In this document: in pieces, positions 12,476 through 25,796 of the stretch | Position numbering within the stretch: the stretch's first letter is position 1 | Layout of the letters: each line of letters starts with the position of its first letter | Source: Azolla caroliniana | Taxonomy: Eukaryota > Plantae > Polypodiophyta | Length of the DNA: 64,000 bases | NCBI GenBank assembly: GCA_043228905.1 | Contig: JBHGNT010000016.1 | Coordinates: 6,448,001-6,512,000 of the forward strand | Reading direction: 5' to 3' | The notes under the pieces: model-generated | Told to the model about the DNA's origin: nothing | The model's input: only the letters and a program-made list of their open reading frames with translations | Databases searched by the model: none | Made by a program: the position numbers and the translations under genes

Positions 12476-13421
12476 CATTGTGTAACCTAAACTATTAACT
12501 GTGGTTATGGCTCTTGTTAGCTAAGTCTATGCTACCCTCCCAAAACCCAAGGTACAACCCACATCAACACTCAGTGGTATGGGACATCAAGGAGATTCGG
12601 GTCAATCTCACACCATCGTTAGGAGGTGGGTAAGTGGTGTTATGTACGCATAACATAGGTGAGGGTGGGTCACTAATATTTACAAAACATGAGTCAATGG
12701 TATGTTTTCTATTGTTAGAAAGGATTAATGTGGTTGGGTAGAGGGAATGATAGGTGCATCCACCATCATGATCTTGACAACCAATGGAAGGAGAGTCTTT
12801 TAGAACAACCACAAGGGCCTAGGAAGAAGTATGTCCGGTGATTAAGTTCTTCTAGCTAATCTATTCACCTTTTTTCACTTTAATTTGGTTTATTGATTGG
12901 TAGGCAATTCTCAATAGGTTGACTAACACCAATGTTTCCCTTAGTTGGTTATCTTTCTTATATTATGCTTAATTATTAGTTTCTTATATTATTTAGTAGA
13001 GCATGAAAATATCCCAATTCTCAATAGGTTTTGGAATGCACCTACTAATGCACCAATGTTCTCTACCCATGCATGCATTCTGTATACATGCTCTACTAAA
13101 TCCAGCAGAAATAAATAAATTTGGGATATTTTCAGATGAAAAGAGAACTGCAAAGACAAGTATTCAGTAAACAATATTTTCCAGAACACCGAGCTCTGCT
13201 AATTAATCATCAGCATTTCAATGACTATTGTCAACCCATTCATTGTTCTTGAAGGATGAAAAATGCAATTTTAAAATTTGTGGACAAAAAACGCAGGGTT
13301 TTTACACATTTCTTCATATCATGGCTCGCAGCAGCATCTTCTAAAGACAATATACAGAGGCAAATCGGATGTGTAAAAAGAGGTAAATCTCAACTCTTGG
13401 CAATACAGAATATGCATTTTC

Positions 13422-16400
13422 TTATGTTTTGAGAGGAGCCTTTTTCTCTCTGTCTGATATACGAGCCGGCCCCGAGGTGTGTGACTTGAATCTGCCTCTT
13501 CCTCCATCCTCCTCTTTTTCCTGAAAAAATGTTGATCATATTTAGTTATGTTTTTGTTACAAACGTTAATGTTGTTTGGCAGAGCAAAGAAATTGCCATA
13601 TCTAATATACTGACAAAATTTTATGTTTTTCTTTGATGGTGTTTTCTCTAACAAAATTTACTTGGGGATGCGGGAATCTTTGATTTGAACTTTGGAAGCA
13701 CCAATTTTAGTCTGTTTGGCTGATTAAAAATCTTACAAAATTTGAAGGTCCCGCCAGGAGAACAAAGAAAACGTAATTTTGGCTTGGGCACAGAAAGTAA
13801 GCAACTTTCCTTACAAAAATGTTTTAGTTCAGACCAAACAAATTACCTTTTTCTTCACTATCTGGACAACATCCTCATCATGAAGTATATGAGATGTACC
13901 ACATCGTTGCGGATAATGCTTCGCACTGCTTCCCCATACCAACACATACTTCACATCTCTAAGTAGGTTTCTATGGATATGATTGCAAAAATCCTCCACT
14001 GTGCAGCCTCCTCTATCCTACATCAAAGAACACAACAATAGAGGAGACAATGGTGGAATTATGCATGAATCATGGAAAAAATTTTACAGAAATTTTAGAC
14101 CCCTTACAGTTGATAAGACGACAGGCTCAGAAAAATCTGGTTGTTGGCCTTGTGGCTTTGTATAGACTCGTACTAAGCCCATCTGTTCCCACATTTTGGC
14201 TAGCAATCTGTCAAGATTCAGCTGGAAATCCATGTCAAACAAGAACAAATTAGATCCCAGCTACCAACCAAGGACTGCTATCTCTAAGTTTAATGAAAGG
14301 ATGAACTCAGTCCAACCTGAAGATTGCAGCTTATTACAATGGAATTGGATTGTCGAGCTAATCTGTCAACATCATCAATACCTACCACATCGATCTTGTT
14401 GTACACATAAACACACTTGATATATTTTCGGTTTCCTTCAATGACATCAATGAAATCATCAACAGAAGCATCCTCTTTGAATAGAACCTATAATGCAAAG
14501 TAGCCAGCTTAGGGAAGTTACTACTCAGACCATTTTACCCACACAATATAACAGGATTGAGAACTTTTTAGGCAGAATGTGTGTAATTACCTCAGCATTG
14601 TGAATTTTATATTCATGCAGGATTTGGTAACAGAGTTTTTCATCCACGTTTGTTAGAGGCAGCGTGCTGTTGAAAGAGATGCCACCAGTTTTCTTCTTTC
14701 TGAAGTAGATCTAGCAAAAGATGATAAAATAATGTAACAAATAACAGAGAATGTTACTCTTACCTAGGAAAAGTAGGAACATGAAAATAGGATAAACAGA
14801 AAAAACATCATGCATCATATTACTAGGAGAGGGCTCTGAAAGTGAGATTTGAATCTGATATTATTGCATTATTGAAAGGAAACATTTCGAACTACATGTG
14901 GAATCTCCAAACCATACAATGAAGATAGCATTGATATGCTCGAAGCTGATAAGGAATGAATGGTCTGATTAATGAGATTATTATCTTCCCCAAAATCCAT
15001 CATGGAGTGATCCAAACTGGACAGAAGACTTGTGTTAGGGAAGCTATTGGGGTAAACAATGGCAATGACGGATAGCCCCAATACTGAGAGATCTGAAGAT
15101 CTTTCATTTATTCTTGTATTACATCATTCTCAATGATATCCCCCTCACTTTGACTCCACGTTTTCATCACATATTTAGCAAATGTGGGTCTTCTCAACTC
15201 ATGTTCTGTCAATCTGTGTGGATCCTCAATTCCTTGTCCCAATAATGCTTATCATCTCTATCTCAAGTTTCAATCTGTTCTTCTTATATACAGGGATTCA
15301 AGTGGTTGCTTTATGTTGCATATGTGTGTACATTCTAGTAGTTAACCCATGATGTTGAGGCCTCTCAAGGACCATCATCATACCTCATAGCAGACTGCCA
15401 TAGCTCAAATTACATGCACCTGTTTGATGCCCATCTCTCTCATCCCTCATCATGTAGCCTCTCTCATGGCTCAACAAGTAGCAAACCACTGCAGAAAGCT
15501 CACTTTGCAATTGCAACATTATAGATTTTACCCCGACATGCTAAGCTACCCATGACAGGTGTTCCTTGTAGAGACCTAGAAGCAACCTCTCTTCTTTGTG
15601 GGCATGTTTATTGTTGGCATGTTTACTGCTTGTCAATACTAAGATGTCTTCATAATCACACTCATCTTCCCAGCGTGTGAGTGTGGATCCCATCAACATA
15701 TTATTTGCACGGAAAAACATAGCATAAATGGTCAGAGGATGCAGATGAATACACATTTCTTATTGGTCATCACTGTTGAACCTGTGCAAGAGCTTGACAG
15801 CTACATCCATCATAACTCCCAATGAGACTTTTCAAAAGGATCAACCTTTGCTTGACAATTCTGCTTAGGTAGCTACTCATATCAGCAGTTCCAAGTCTCA
15901 AAACCCAAACTAACAATCAGCAATGGTTCGGTTCGGTTCGGTTTGAGTGTCAAAACCGAACCGTTTAAAATTTTTGAACCTTGAACTGAACCGAACCACG
16001 AAACCGTTTAATAAATTCAAACCGTAAAAACCGCAGTTTTCTGGTTCGGTTTCAGTCAAATATCAATTTTAAATTTTAAAAATTTAAGATACTTCATTAT
16101 TATTTTTTATTTTTCAAAATTTTAAAGATTTTCCTAAAATGTGAGAATAAGGCTTGAAAATGAAAAGATTGTTTTAAAAAAAATTCAAATTTTTAAAATT
16201 TAAAAAAAATAATTTAAAAACCATTAAGCCATTTAAACCGCAGTTTCTAACTGTTGAAACTGAACCGAACTGTTTAAACCGTTAAACCACGGTTCAGTTT
16301 GGTATGTTAGAGCTAGATCCTAATGTAAGCATATAATAAGGATATAAAAGATAGATAGGAAAGAAAGGAGAGAGAGAAAGAAGAGTGCCAATCCACCCGA

Positions 16401-19400
16401 CCATCCCCGAGCGAAGGGATCGAGACGGACTCAAGCCTCAATCGGCGTCCCATACCACCGTCGTAGCATCGAGTTGTACCTAGTACTAGCGCACTCGCAT
16501 TAAGAGATTATCGACTACGTCAAGACTTTGTCCTTGTGGTGATAAACTCTTGAAGCTTGACCATTGCCTGCTGTTAACCTCCTCAGCAACTCACAGGTTT
16601 AATGCCTTTTCCTCCCTCATGATGAAGAATTGAAAACGCTTCATTTTCATTTTCATTTTCATATAAAATGGCTTGTTACCCTCCTTTTTATGCCTTTGCT
16701 GTTTGATCAAGCTCTTTAGCATATCAAATTTTCTCTGAGCTCATAGCCATACATACTTAGAAAGCATTGCATGCTTTGTTATTGCACTTACATTTAGTAA
16801 CACAGAGCAAATGATCCTTTAACAATGGCTTCTTCTACCAAACTGGCTACAATTTTCTTTCCGAATATTTAGATCTCTGGTGTTACAATTTTGGTAGCTC
16901 TATCATGGCCGTGTTGGAGAAGTATAGTATTTGAGATGGATTTTAGTTGAGCTCAATGCCCTCCCCAAATGGAGTCAGGGAATTTGTGCTCTGACTTATT
17001 TATTTTAGTCTACTTGCAATTCATGTCAAGACAGTTTATAGTAGAGAAAAGTTTGTGGTTTACTGATGAAAGAGAAAGCATGTTTATAACTTCAGTATAA
17101 ATGTTTCACTAAAGGCTAATAATGCATATATCGACCTTCACTTAAAGGACTAAATACCTGAGGAGGCCTTTTGTTGAGACGTAATCCTACTGCTTCCAAC
17201 TCCCCTGTTAGAATCTGGCGATGACCTTCACTCTGAAGGAGCAGCAAAACATGGTAAGTAAATGGAGCTGCATAAAAGATATGCTACCTCAAAAATAAGT
17301 GCAACCATGAAAAGCATGCCAAATTTTGCGATGACTACTCTGAATTACTTAAAAGTTAATTTCCTGTTTTAAACCTGGTCAAAATGACTTGCCCTACCTA
17401 AAATGAAGGCTTAGAAATTCAGAAACAGTTCATAAAAGATCATATAGAGAAATTGTAAGGCACACATAAACTCTAAACTCCCAAACAACTTTTCAGCTTT
17501 AAGATTGGGATAATGAGGAACCATGGAAAGGTATAATTTCTAAAATAAATCTGTTTAATGCCAGACAGTTTTAATAGGGCACTGCAATATAAGCTCCCAG
17601 ATTTGTTTCCATCGAAGTACTTAGTTTACAAATTATAAAGGTTCAAAATTGTTATCTCCATTTAATATGCAGCTTAACTAGGTAAGATGATGATCATATA
17701 GACAGCATATTAAAGGACTCTTTACTCTATAGCCACGATAAAATAAAAGAGCTCCAAATTTTATATAAAAAATATCATATCCATATCCACTTTGTGCATG
17801 TGTAGACACCATGGAACATTTAGTCAGGCTATCTTCAATGAACAGCATGAGAATGCAAATTTTGATAACTGAAAATATTCACCCTTATGCTATCATCTAA
17901 CAAATTACATGCCAGACTACAAAAGGTTTTTGCATATAAAGAATTGAAGTTGAGTTAGCAGTACCTTTGAAGCATCAAGGACCATCAAAACAAGATCAGA
18001 TGATTTCGCAACCGCAATAACCTACAGACATACAGTTATACATAAGAATCTGTGGTCAAATGTCCCCGTATATTTTCACATCTCAGAAGGAGAACGTATG
18101 AAGTTCATCACATCCTCCTGTAGTTTCTATTGTATGTAAGGACTCCGTCACATTATAAAATTGTGTGCTTTGTTCTCTTGCCCTCGATTCATCTCTATTG
18201 ACATTACAAATTGAGCATACATTACTTATACCAGACAATAGACATTCATAAGCACAACTAAAAAATTGAGCACAGGCAAACCCCAAAACAAATTAACAAA
18301 ACAAAATGAAACATGCAACAGATATAAATGAAATAGCCTCAACTAGAAGTTATGGCACTCCGGTTTCATTTAATCATAAGTTATTTCTGGGTCTGTAAAT
18401 TTGCAGGTCCTATTTATTCATGGGAGTTGAATTAACGGGAGTGGAAATTTTGCATTATGGGATACTACACGGCTTCAAAGACAGAAAATTGAAATATGAA
18501 AATGCTGCTATCAGCCTGTTGAGCTTGATTTGGACAACTCAAAATAACCAATAGAAAACATTTCGCGTGCAAGCACCATTCTCATTTCAGCAAGCAAATT
18601 TACAAACTTTTAAATTGTAAGATATTCAATGTCTTAAATGTGTAGCAGTTGGCTTTATGTCTTCTCATTGATTTAGATATGAACGGAATCTTGTAGCAAA
18701 GGGGACCTGACAATGTAAAATAATTCAACCAAAACAAGAGAACAGTCCAAAGGACGATTTTGTGCTGTCTCTTGTTTGTACTTGGTACATCCAAAGATTC
18801 CGAAAAGGAGTTGCTTGTCAACATATTTAATGTTTATTGCAAATTATGATATAAGCTCATAAGCAGCACAATCAACATTGTGATGCTCTGCTAGATGCTT
18901 GTATCTAGTTTTTGCTTCTACAGAATACTGAGCTCCTTGCTTGATGTCATTCATTAGTGAGCTCAAAATGAAAATTTCACATCTACATTATTGCTCCTAC
19001 AGAATACTGATATTTTTTTACACATGAACTAAAACACTCCTGCTTCATCTATGATTATGGCCAAGTCTTTGAAGTGTATTATTAATAAGATTTGTTTGAA
19101 TGAAGCACTTCATAAGATGTGCAGATTAATTCCACTGCCATAAATATCCTTACATGTTACTTTACCCTGCTTAGTTCAGAAATTGGAAAAGGTGTGAACA
19201 TTCGTTGAATCTTCAAAATTTATGACATATATAAAATTGTATCTCCAAATTGTTTTAAACTAACCTAAGAACGCAAAGAAGAATGCCATGCCCTCTGAAG
19301 GTTAGCAATGATAATCAAGCAAGAACTATGCATGGTGTATAATGTTCCCTGTGGGCATATCAAAACTATGCAACCCAAGAATGACCTATGTTTGAAATGA

Positions 19401-20623
19401 AATACATATGGCAAACAATTGAAGATCAGGGTACACATAAAACAGCTTGTACATAATCAATACAGTAAGCATGGAGGCTATATAACTAATAAAGATTCAA
19501 ATGAGTGTGTACCTGCCTGCCCCTTCCTTTGCCTTCAGAAGCTCCTTCGATGATACCAGGAAGATCAAGCAACTGAATTTTTGCATCATTATAGTGTATG
19601 ATGCCAGGAATGCAAGTCAGTGTCGTAAATTCATACGATGCTGCTTCTGAATGGGTTCCCGTCAACATCGTTAAAAGTGTGGATTTACCCACACTAAAAG
19701 ATTTCAAAAGATAATCAGAACTTGGTTTTTTGAAGGTGGAATTGCTTTTAATCTAAGGTATAGACAGAAACAAGCTGGAATAGAACTATAAAATGATATT
19801 GAGAATAAAATTAATTTTGGGGCAATGTGATATCGAGGATGAGAAAACATTACTCTGAATTTGACATTTCAAATTATAATCAGAGATTCTTTTAGAGATG
19901 GGTTGATTGTAAGGTAAGATTACCAAAGAAACCATCAGATTTCATTTCAAATTGTAATTAGCGCTTCACTTAGTGCCCATGTGGATCGGATGGCTTCTGA
20001 GGTAAGGTAACCCTATTAACATCATGAAGGGAAAAAAAACAAATAACAGGAACTGACATTTCAAAACATAATTAGAGCTTGCATTTCAGAAAATGTGATT
20101 GGTTATGACATAACTAGACCCGAGAAACACCATTGAAATAAACAGAGTAGAAAATATCCATGCCCAAGTTTACACATAACAAACAATGGAAACGTAAAGG
20201 AGCCCAAAATACCTGGGAAAGCCGATGAGAGCAACGCGACCATGGCCAAACTTTGTAACCTCAAACCCATCCCCTGCACCCGCCGAGCCCTGATTGGTTG
20301 GCTCGGAACAATCTTAGAAGACTCAATTCTACCAAAATATAGCAAATTTGACAAAAGACAAATATAATATTTCTAACTCACCTTTGGTGGCTCAAGCAGT
20401 TGGGTCCGAAGCTTAGCAAGCTTAGCTTTCAATTGACCCAGATGATACTCTATGCAAAGAAGAAAAAGAGCGCATAGTTTTTTAATGTTAGATCAACTTA
20501 CAAATTGTGAAAGAAAAACATAACCCAACAAGCAAAAAGGAAAGATATCAAACCTGTTGCCTTATTCTTCTGGGTCCGAGCCATCTCTGCCTCTATCTCT
20601 TTTATCTTCTCTATGATCCCCAT
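13422..20623 (-). CDS. DRG2: Developmentally regulated GTP-binding protein (DRG2/Rbg2 class), 400 aa, 11 exons: 20623-20554, 20449-20382, 20289-20213, 19693-19513, 18021-17965, 17232-17158, 14710-14591, 14487-14317, 14221-14108, 14017-13847, 13520-13422
   Basis: [38 protein letters not shown]; G1 GFPSVGKS, G2 YEFTT, G3 DLPG, G4 NKID; TGS domain ending [10 protein letters not shown]. Exons sum to 1203 nt in frame with GT-AG introns. Confidence 0.96.
15924..16303. mobile_element. MITE-like (hAT-type) insertion in DRG intron 6
   Basis: Clusters of GGTTCGGTT/AACCGAACC motifs at both ends of an AT-rich core, as in plant hAT-derived MITE subtermini. TIR and TSD were not resolved. Confidence 0.5.
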
Positions 20624-20640
20624 CTTGGCCTCCCTCTAAG

Positions 20641-20775
20641 AAACCCTAATGCTGTGCCAGCTATATGCAAGAAAGGAGCAGACAAACAGCCCTAACTATA
20701 TTGAAATCTTTGAGTCAGATGGTCAATTCTGCATCTGACATGGTTAGGGTTTCCGAGAGCCTGTGTTAGGGTTTT
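20641..20775. promoter_or_regulatory. Telo-boxes in the DRG 5' region
   Basis: AAACCCTAA at 20641; TTAGGGTTT at ~20744 and ~20766. Confidence 0.5.
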
Positions 20776-22912
20776 TCAGAAATCTCGGATCTTTACTTAC
20801 AACTACATACAACTCACTAACACCCAACAAGACACAGATTATGACATTGTTATGCTCGGTAGATCTCTCTCTATCTATCAATAATCAATGGCTGGATTCA
20901 CACAAGGGGCGATGAAAGGGATTGATCGATCTGATCTACGGATGATTCTTCTATGCGAGCTCGAAAATACGTTTATACGTGGTACCAAATGCATGACATG
21001 ACGGAAAACTATTCGGAGTTTTCACATGGCAAACATTCTGCATGAGTGCATCAGGAAACCATACTTTGCTTTGTCCGCTTTTCGTGTATGTTTGCGGGTA
21101 GCGACTGACAAAAAGAGTATATCTATAATCACAAGGTGGAAATCAGGCAAACATACTAACATACTTTTTGAGTATTATCTCATCGGTGTAGAAGGGGTGT
21201 GTGTGTGTGTATGCACGCGCGTGTGCGCATTTGGATGTTATAAGTGCCCTGAATCATCAAAATATACTTCTCCCATCGATGATCACTTGTTGTTCTGTGA
21301 GCATGGGAATGTGATTCAATTTCATAATCTTCCCAATGACGCGGGTCATTTGTTTAAGTGATTGGTTAACTTGCTCATTTCATCCATCACTTTCCCAAGT
21401 TGTCGCTCGCATTGAAACTAAGAGTATAGCCTGGTTTATCGACCATAGTAATCCATACAATGAACTCGTAAACTTTGCTCGTTGTTGTTGAAGGTAACCT
21501 TGTACACTGCATAAATATGATTACCCATTGACCTTTTAGTTTACTCAAGTACTATCAATTAAGTTGAAGCAGTTTGTGTATCTTTGTCAAGTGATCCCAC
21601 TAATCTAACAAACACCAAACCTTATTCATTGGTACATGATAGAACTACATAAAATTTGAATATTCTTTCCCAATTGATATTTGAGATTTCAATCAATGTT
21701 ATCATTTAAGTTCATGATTACTTTACATGACAGTGATAAGTTTTCAAACCTACAATTTAAGGAGGCCTTGCAATTGAGCACCACTTTCGTCAGCAATACT
21801 GTATTTACTAGCCCAATAAAATAATCTAGTGATATATGTGCAAAAGATATTGTATTATTAGAACATAGTGTGCCATTTAAGGTGATGCTTTGAGGATATC
21901 TCATATCTACGTTTTGGAAGATCTAACATTTTGTGTTAAACACGTATCAATTTCAAGTATCAAAACAACTTTTACGCGTGAAAACTTGCATTCTAACTCA
22001 TGTAACTTTGTTGCTCAATATCCAAATCCAACACCATAACCTTTTTCTCTTTATGTTTTGTGCATTCTAAGATGCTCAACATAAACATTTACCACCATTT
22101 TGTTGGCACAAAGAGTTTTAGGACATCATTCGGATTCACCTTTTCTCCAACGGTATTGACATATATACACCATGGTTATGTTCACATTCCTTTTGACATG
22201 CTACCATGCATTGGTTTTGGGGCTAGAACAATGCATATCATTATTGATGCATCGTTATGGCGTTTGGAATTTATGTTTAGATGCATCAATAATTATGGAA
22301 ACTTCTCTACTCTATGGTTTAAGTTAGATATGGTGAGTGATTTGATAGCTTATAAATAACATCTAGATAAAGCAAGGGTGAGTGAATCCTATGACCTTTT
22401 AGGTGACAATGTAAATGTTAGTTGTTACCGGCCGGCCGACAAACGAGTCCAGAGTGTGAAACAGGGAGTTATTTAATTAGTAGGAATGGTTGTAAGTAAG
22501 CTATGAGTGTGGACGGACGGACCGGAATCGATATGCCGTTCCGGATCCAGACCGATCCCGAATAGGTGCGGATGGCACCGTTTTGTAATACAGACCAGAA
22601 ACCTATTTAAAGGCCCGGATACAATGTAATGAACATCGGTTAATTAATAAAGCTTAGTGTTGTTATCTCTCTGTGTTAATTGTCGTTCTGCATTCATTGT
22701 TATATCTTACGTGTGTGATTATGAAGGACGATCTTGTTAAGTAGCCTAATTAAGTCGGATTAATCGTTGAGTCTAATCCTATTGCCGTAACACCCCTTTG
22801 GTGAAGTGTCTTCCGTAGACACCCTGTGTTAGGCCATTGTCCGGCCCTAAGAGTTAACACAATTTTTGGCGACCACGATTCCTGCTTTTGCAGCGAACGA
22901 CGGCACGGATGG

Positions 22913-25715
22913 ATGACTAGATCAACGCACGACTTGGTTACAGATCGAACTCGACGCCTTATCGAAAGGCAAAGGAGACGTGAGGCTTTCTAGCAAGCGG
23001 CGCAGAAAATTAGAGCAGATCGCTCGTTTTCCAACGTAATCCGGAGAGTAGCGAAGGACTCCCTCTGGTTATAGCAAACATCACACCCGGACGACGGCAG
23101 CATCCTAAGCAGCCTCCGGGAAACCGAATCCCTTCTCCAGGCGTTGGCAAACGGAGAAGGCGAAGCAGAAGCCTTTTCAGCGTATGAATCGGATTCCGAA
23201 GGGGAATACAGCGTGCACACGAACTACCGTAGCAGCAACGAAACCCCGGGCGGACCAGAGGACGAAGGATCAGACACCTTACTGACACCGGAACCGGAAT
23301 TACTAAGGCTGGAACCTCCGGAACCAGTAGACGAAGAGTGACCTCCGACACCGGAAGTCGAGGAGGAGAGGCCTCCGTCACCAAAAGAAGAAGAAAGACC
23401 ACCGACGCCGGAAACAAATCAGGAACAACCACCAGCACCGCCAGCCCGCGCACTGATACCGAACGACGACATGCCGTTCCAGTACTCCAAGTATAGAGAT
23501 GATCCGGACGCGGAAGCTCATGTTCACGCCTTTGAACAGACATGGGAAGCAAACCATGTGTCCCGGCGATTGACCCCGAAGGAAGAGGAACACTCTAAGA
23601 TAGCGGAATTTGGCATCACATTGGAGGGACCGGCAGCAAGATGGCGCCGAACGTAGGACTCATCTACCATCACCACCTTTGCAGATTTAAAAGCTAAATT
23701 CTTGCATTTTTTCCAAAAGGAGGTGGACCAGACAGTAATGGTGGGCTTATTTTATACCATCGGACAGGAGGTAGGGGAGAGCATTCCCCAGTTTGTCATC
23801 CGGTTTCAACGGATGCATAGTCAGCTTGCCCGCGCACCCTCGGAGGAGGAATTACGGACTATATTCCTAAATGCGCTCCGGGAACCCCTACGCACGGTTT
23901 GCACGGTAATTGACTTCCGCACAAGTACCATCGACCAGGTCATTGACCGGGTGAGAGAGATGGAAAAGACAAGCTCCTGGCTCACAATGGGAGCACTCCA
24001 ACGGGCGTTACCGTCCGATGAAGACCTCCGGTTTCGGCAAGCAATACAGTGCACAACCTGCTTGAATTCCGGACACTCGGCACTAGAATGCACTATGAGG
24101 ACGCAATGTGTAATCTATTGAACCGGCAAGCACCGCCCGTCTGACAAATAGAACCACGCAGCAGCCGGGATGAAGAAGAGGAACGCTAGCGGCGAATGAA
24201 CCGCGACCGACCAGCACAGGATGTCCGGTATGGCGATCAACGAGAGAATGATGTCCGGTACGGTGATCGGCGGGATAACTATGACCGGCATGATAGATAT
24301 GATCGGTACCGGGATTACAATAGACGATACGAACATTACGATCGGGAACACTCCCCCGAGTATCGTCAGCAACGGGAGGAATACGGCAGATATAATGACC
24401 AACCTCGCCAAGAGTACCGCAATAAGAAGAACTATAACAAAAAACGACATTTCAAAAAAGGGGGCTACCCACGGGATCCGGAACAAGGAGCTTCAAGCAG
24501 CCAACCGGCCCAAAACTCTGCGCTTACCACGGGACCTGCCTCGGGGACAACAGACAATGCCGAATCCAGCAATACCTGGAAAGCCTACTACTACTACTGC
24601 CGACAGGAAGGCCATTATAGTAATCAATGCCCGACAAAGAGCTATGACAAACGACCGACAGTAAATATGGTAGTCCCTGAAGTGGCAAATCTGCAGTAGG
24701 TGACCACAAGGTTGAAGGGCATGGCCAAGGAATGGGAAACGCAGGAGACCATCCGGAAGCAAGCGATGGAATGGGTGAAAAAAGCAAACGAGCAAAACGT
24801 CACAGACTTACAGCGGCAAAAGGAGAATACCGTAGGGCTTGCCGGCGGCAGTCACTTCGAGAACGAGACATGGTTGGCGTTGCAAGAATGCCAGATTACG
24901 CTGCCACTAAGAAGAGTCCTACAGCTCGTGCCAAGATTCACGGAAGGACTGAAGACGGCCATGACGGCAGGAGAATCATCACCGGCACCGGTACTCTTTT
25001 CGAACCCGGAGGAGGGAACATCGGTGGTGGACACCAATAGTCCGGTTATCACCGCCATTGTAAAAGGGAAAGAACTTCCCGGCACAGTTATAGACAGACG
25101 CTCCGGGGTGAATGTAATAAGCCTCCGGACGTGTGATGCCCTGAGAATCCACGAGTGGGAGCCGCGTCCGTTCTGGTTACGGATGGCCGATACAAACTCA
25201 GTGCGGCCGACAGGATTAATACAGAAATTAGAAGTCACCGTGGGCGGTCATACATTTCATATCTCGACAGTAGTGCTACAATTACAGGCACAAGGTGCAT
25301 ACCCGTTATTGCTGGGGCGGTCGTGGTTGAAAACGGCACATATCAAACAGAATTGGAGGAAAAATATAATTACCTTCCGGCGAGGAAAAGCCAAGGTACG
25401 GGTACCAACACAGCCAAGGACGAGCACTGGCAAGGAATGTACATCGTTGTATGCAGAGTGCGTCAACATGCTAGAAGGGTTAGTTGACGAAGAAGAAGCT
25501 CAGTACTTGCAGGAAAACCCGAAGATCATACCCCTCTTTGAAATTGACATTGCCGAAGCAGTAGCACCATACGTACCGCAGCCGGAAGAGGCTGAAGTAG
25601 AACCAGATAAAGACGCAATCCGGGAGTTACGGCAAGCGCAGGAAGCATTGGAACGGGAAATGGCCGTTTCACAGCGCGTAAATTGTCGCAACTTGAAGAG
25701 GTGAACCTAGGGACC
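22913..25715 (+). pseudogene. Gag-protease of element 1 (in-frame stops and frameshifts)
   Basis: MTRS start; Retrotrans_gag-like PFQYSKYRDDPDAEAHVHAFEQTW..A.W; zinc knuckles CTTCLNSGHSALEC and (C>Y)YYCRQEGHYSNQC; protease VID(RR)SGVNVIS..YPLLLGRSWL; linker LEEVNLGT after a 1-nt frameshift at ~25680. Confidence 0.88.
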
Positions 25716-25796
25716 ACCCATCTACAAGCGAGCCCATCTGTCAAACCTCCGTGCAAGCACAACAATGCACTGATAGCCTGTGGCTCTGGTGGATAG

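Noticed and set aside
10981-20623. NIP7 and DRG adjacency as a translation-related gene cluster
   Set aside because: Two housekeeping neighbours are expected by chance in a gene-dense region; no synteny evidence is available.
21200-22420. Possible MULE/FAR1 transposase relic hosting element 1 (minus-strand CEHNH and ITLNGT words; similar hints at ~51250-51400)
   Set aside because: Too degraded to support without an HMM search.
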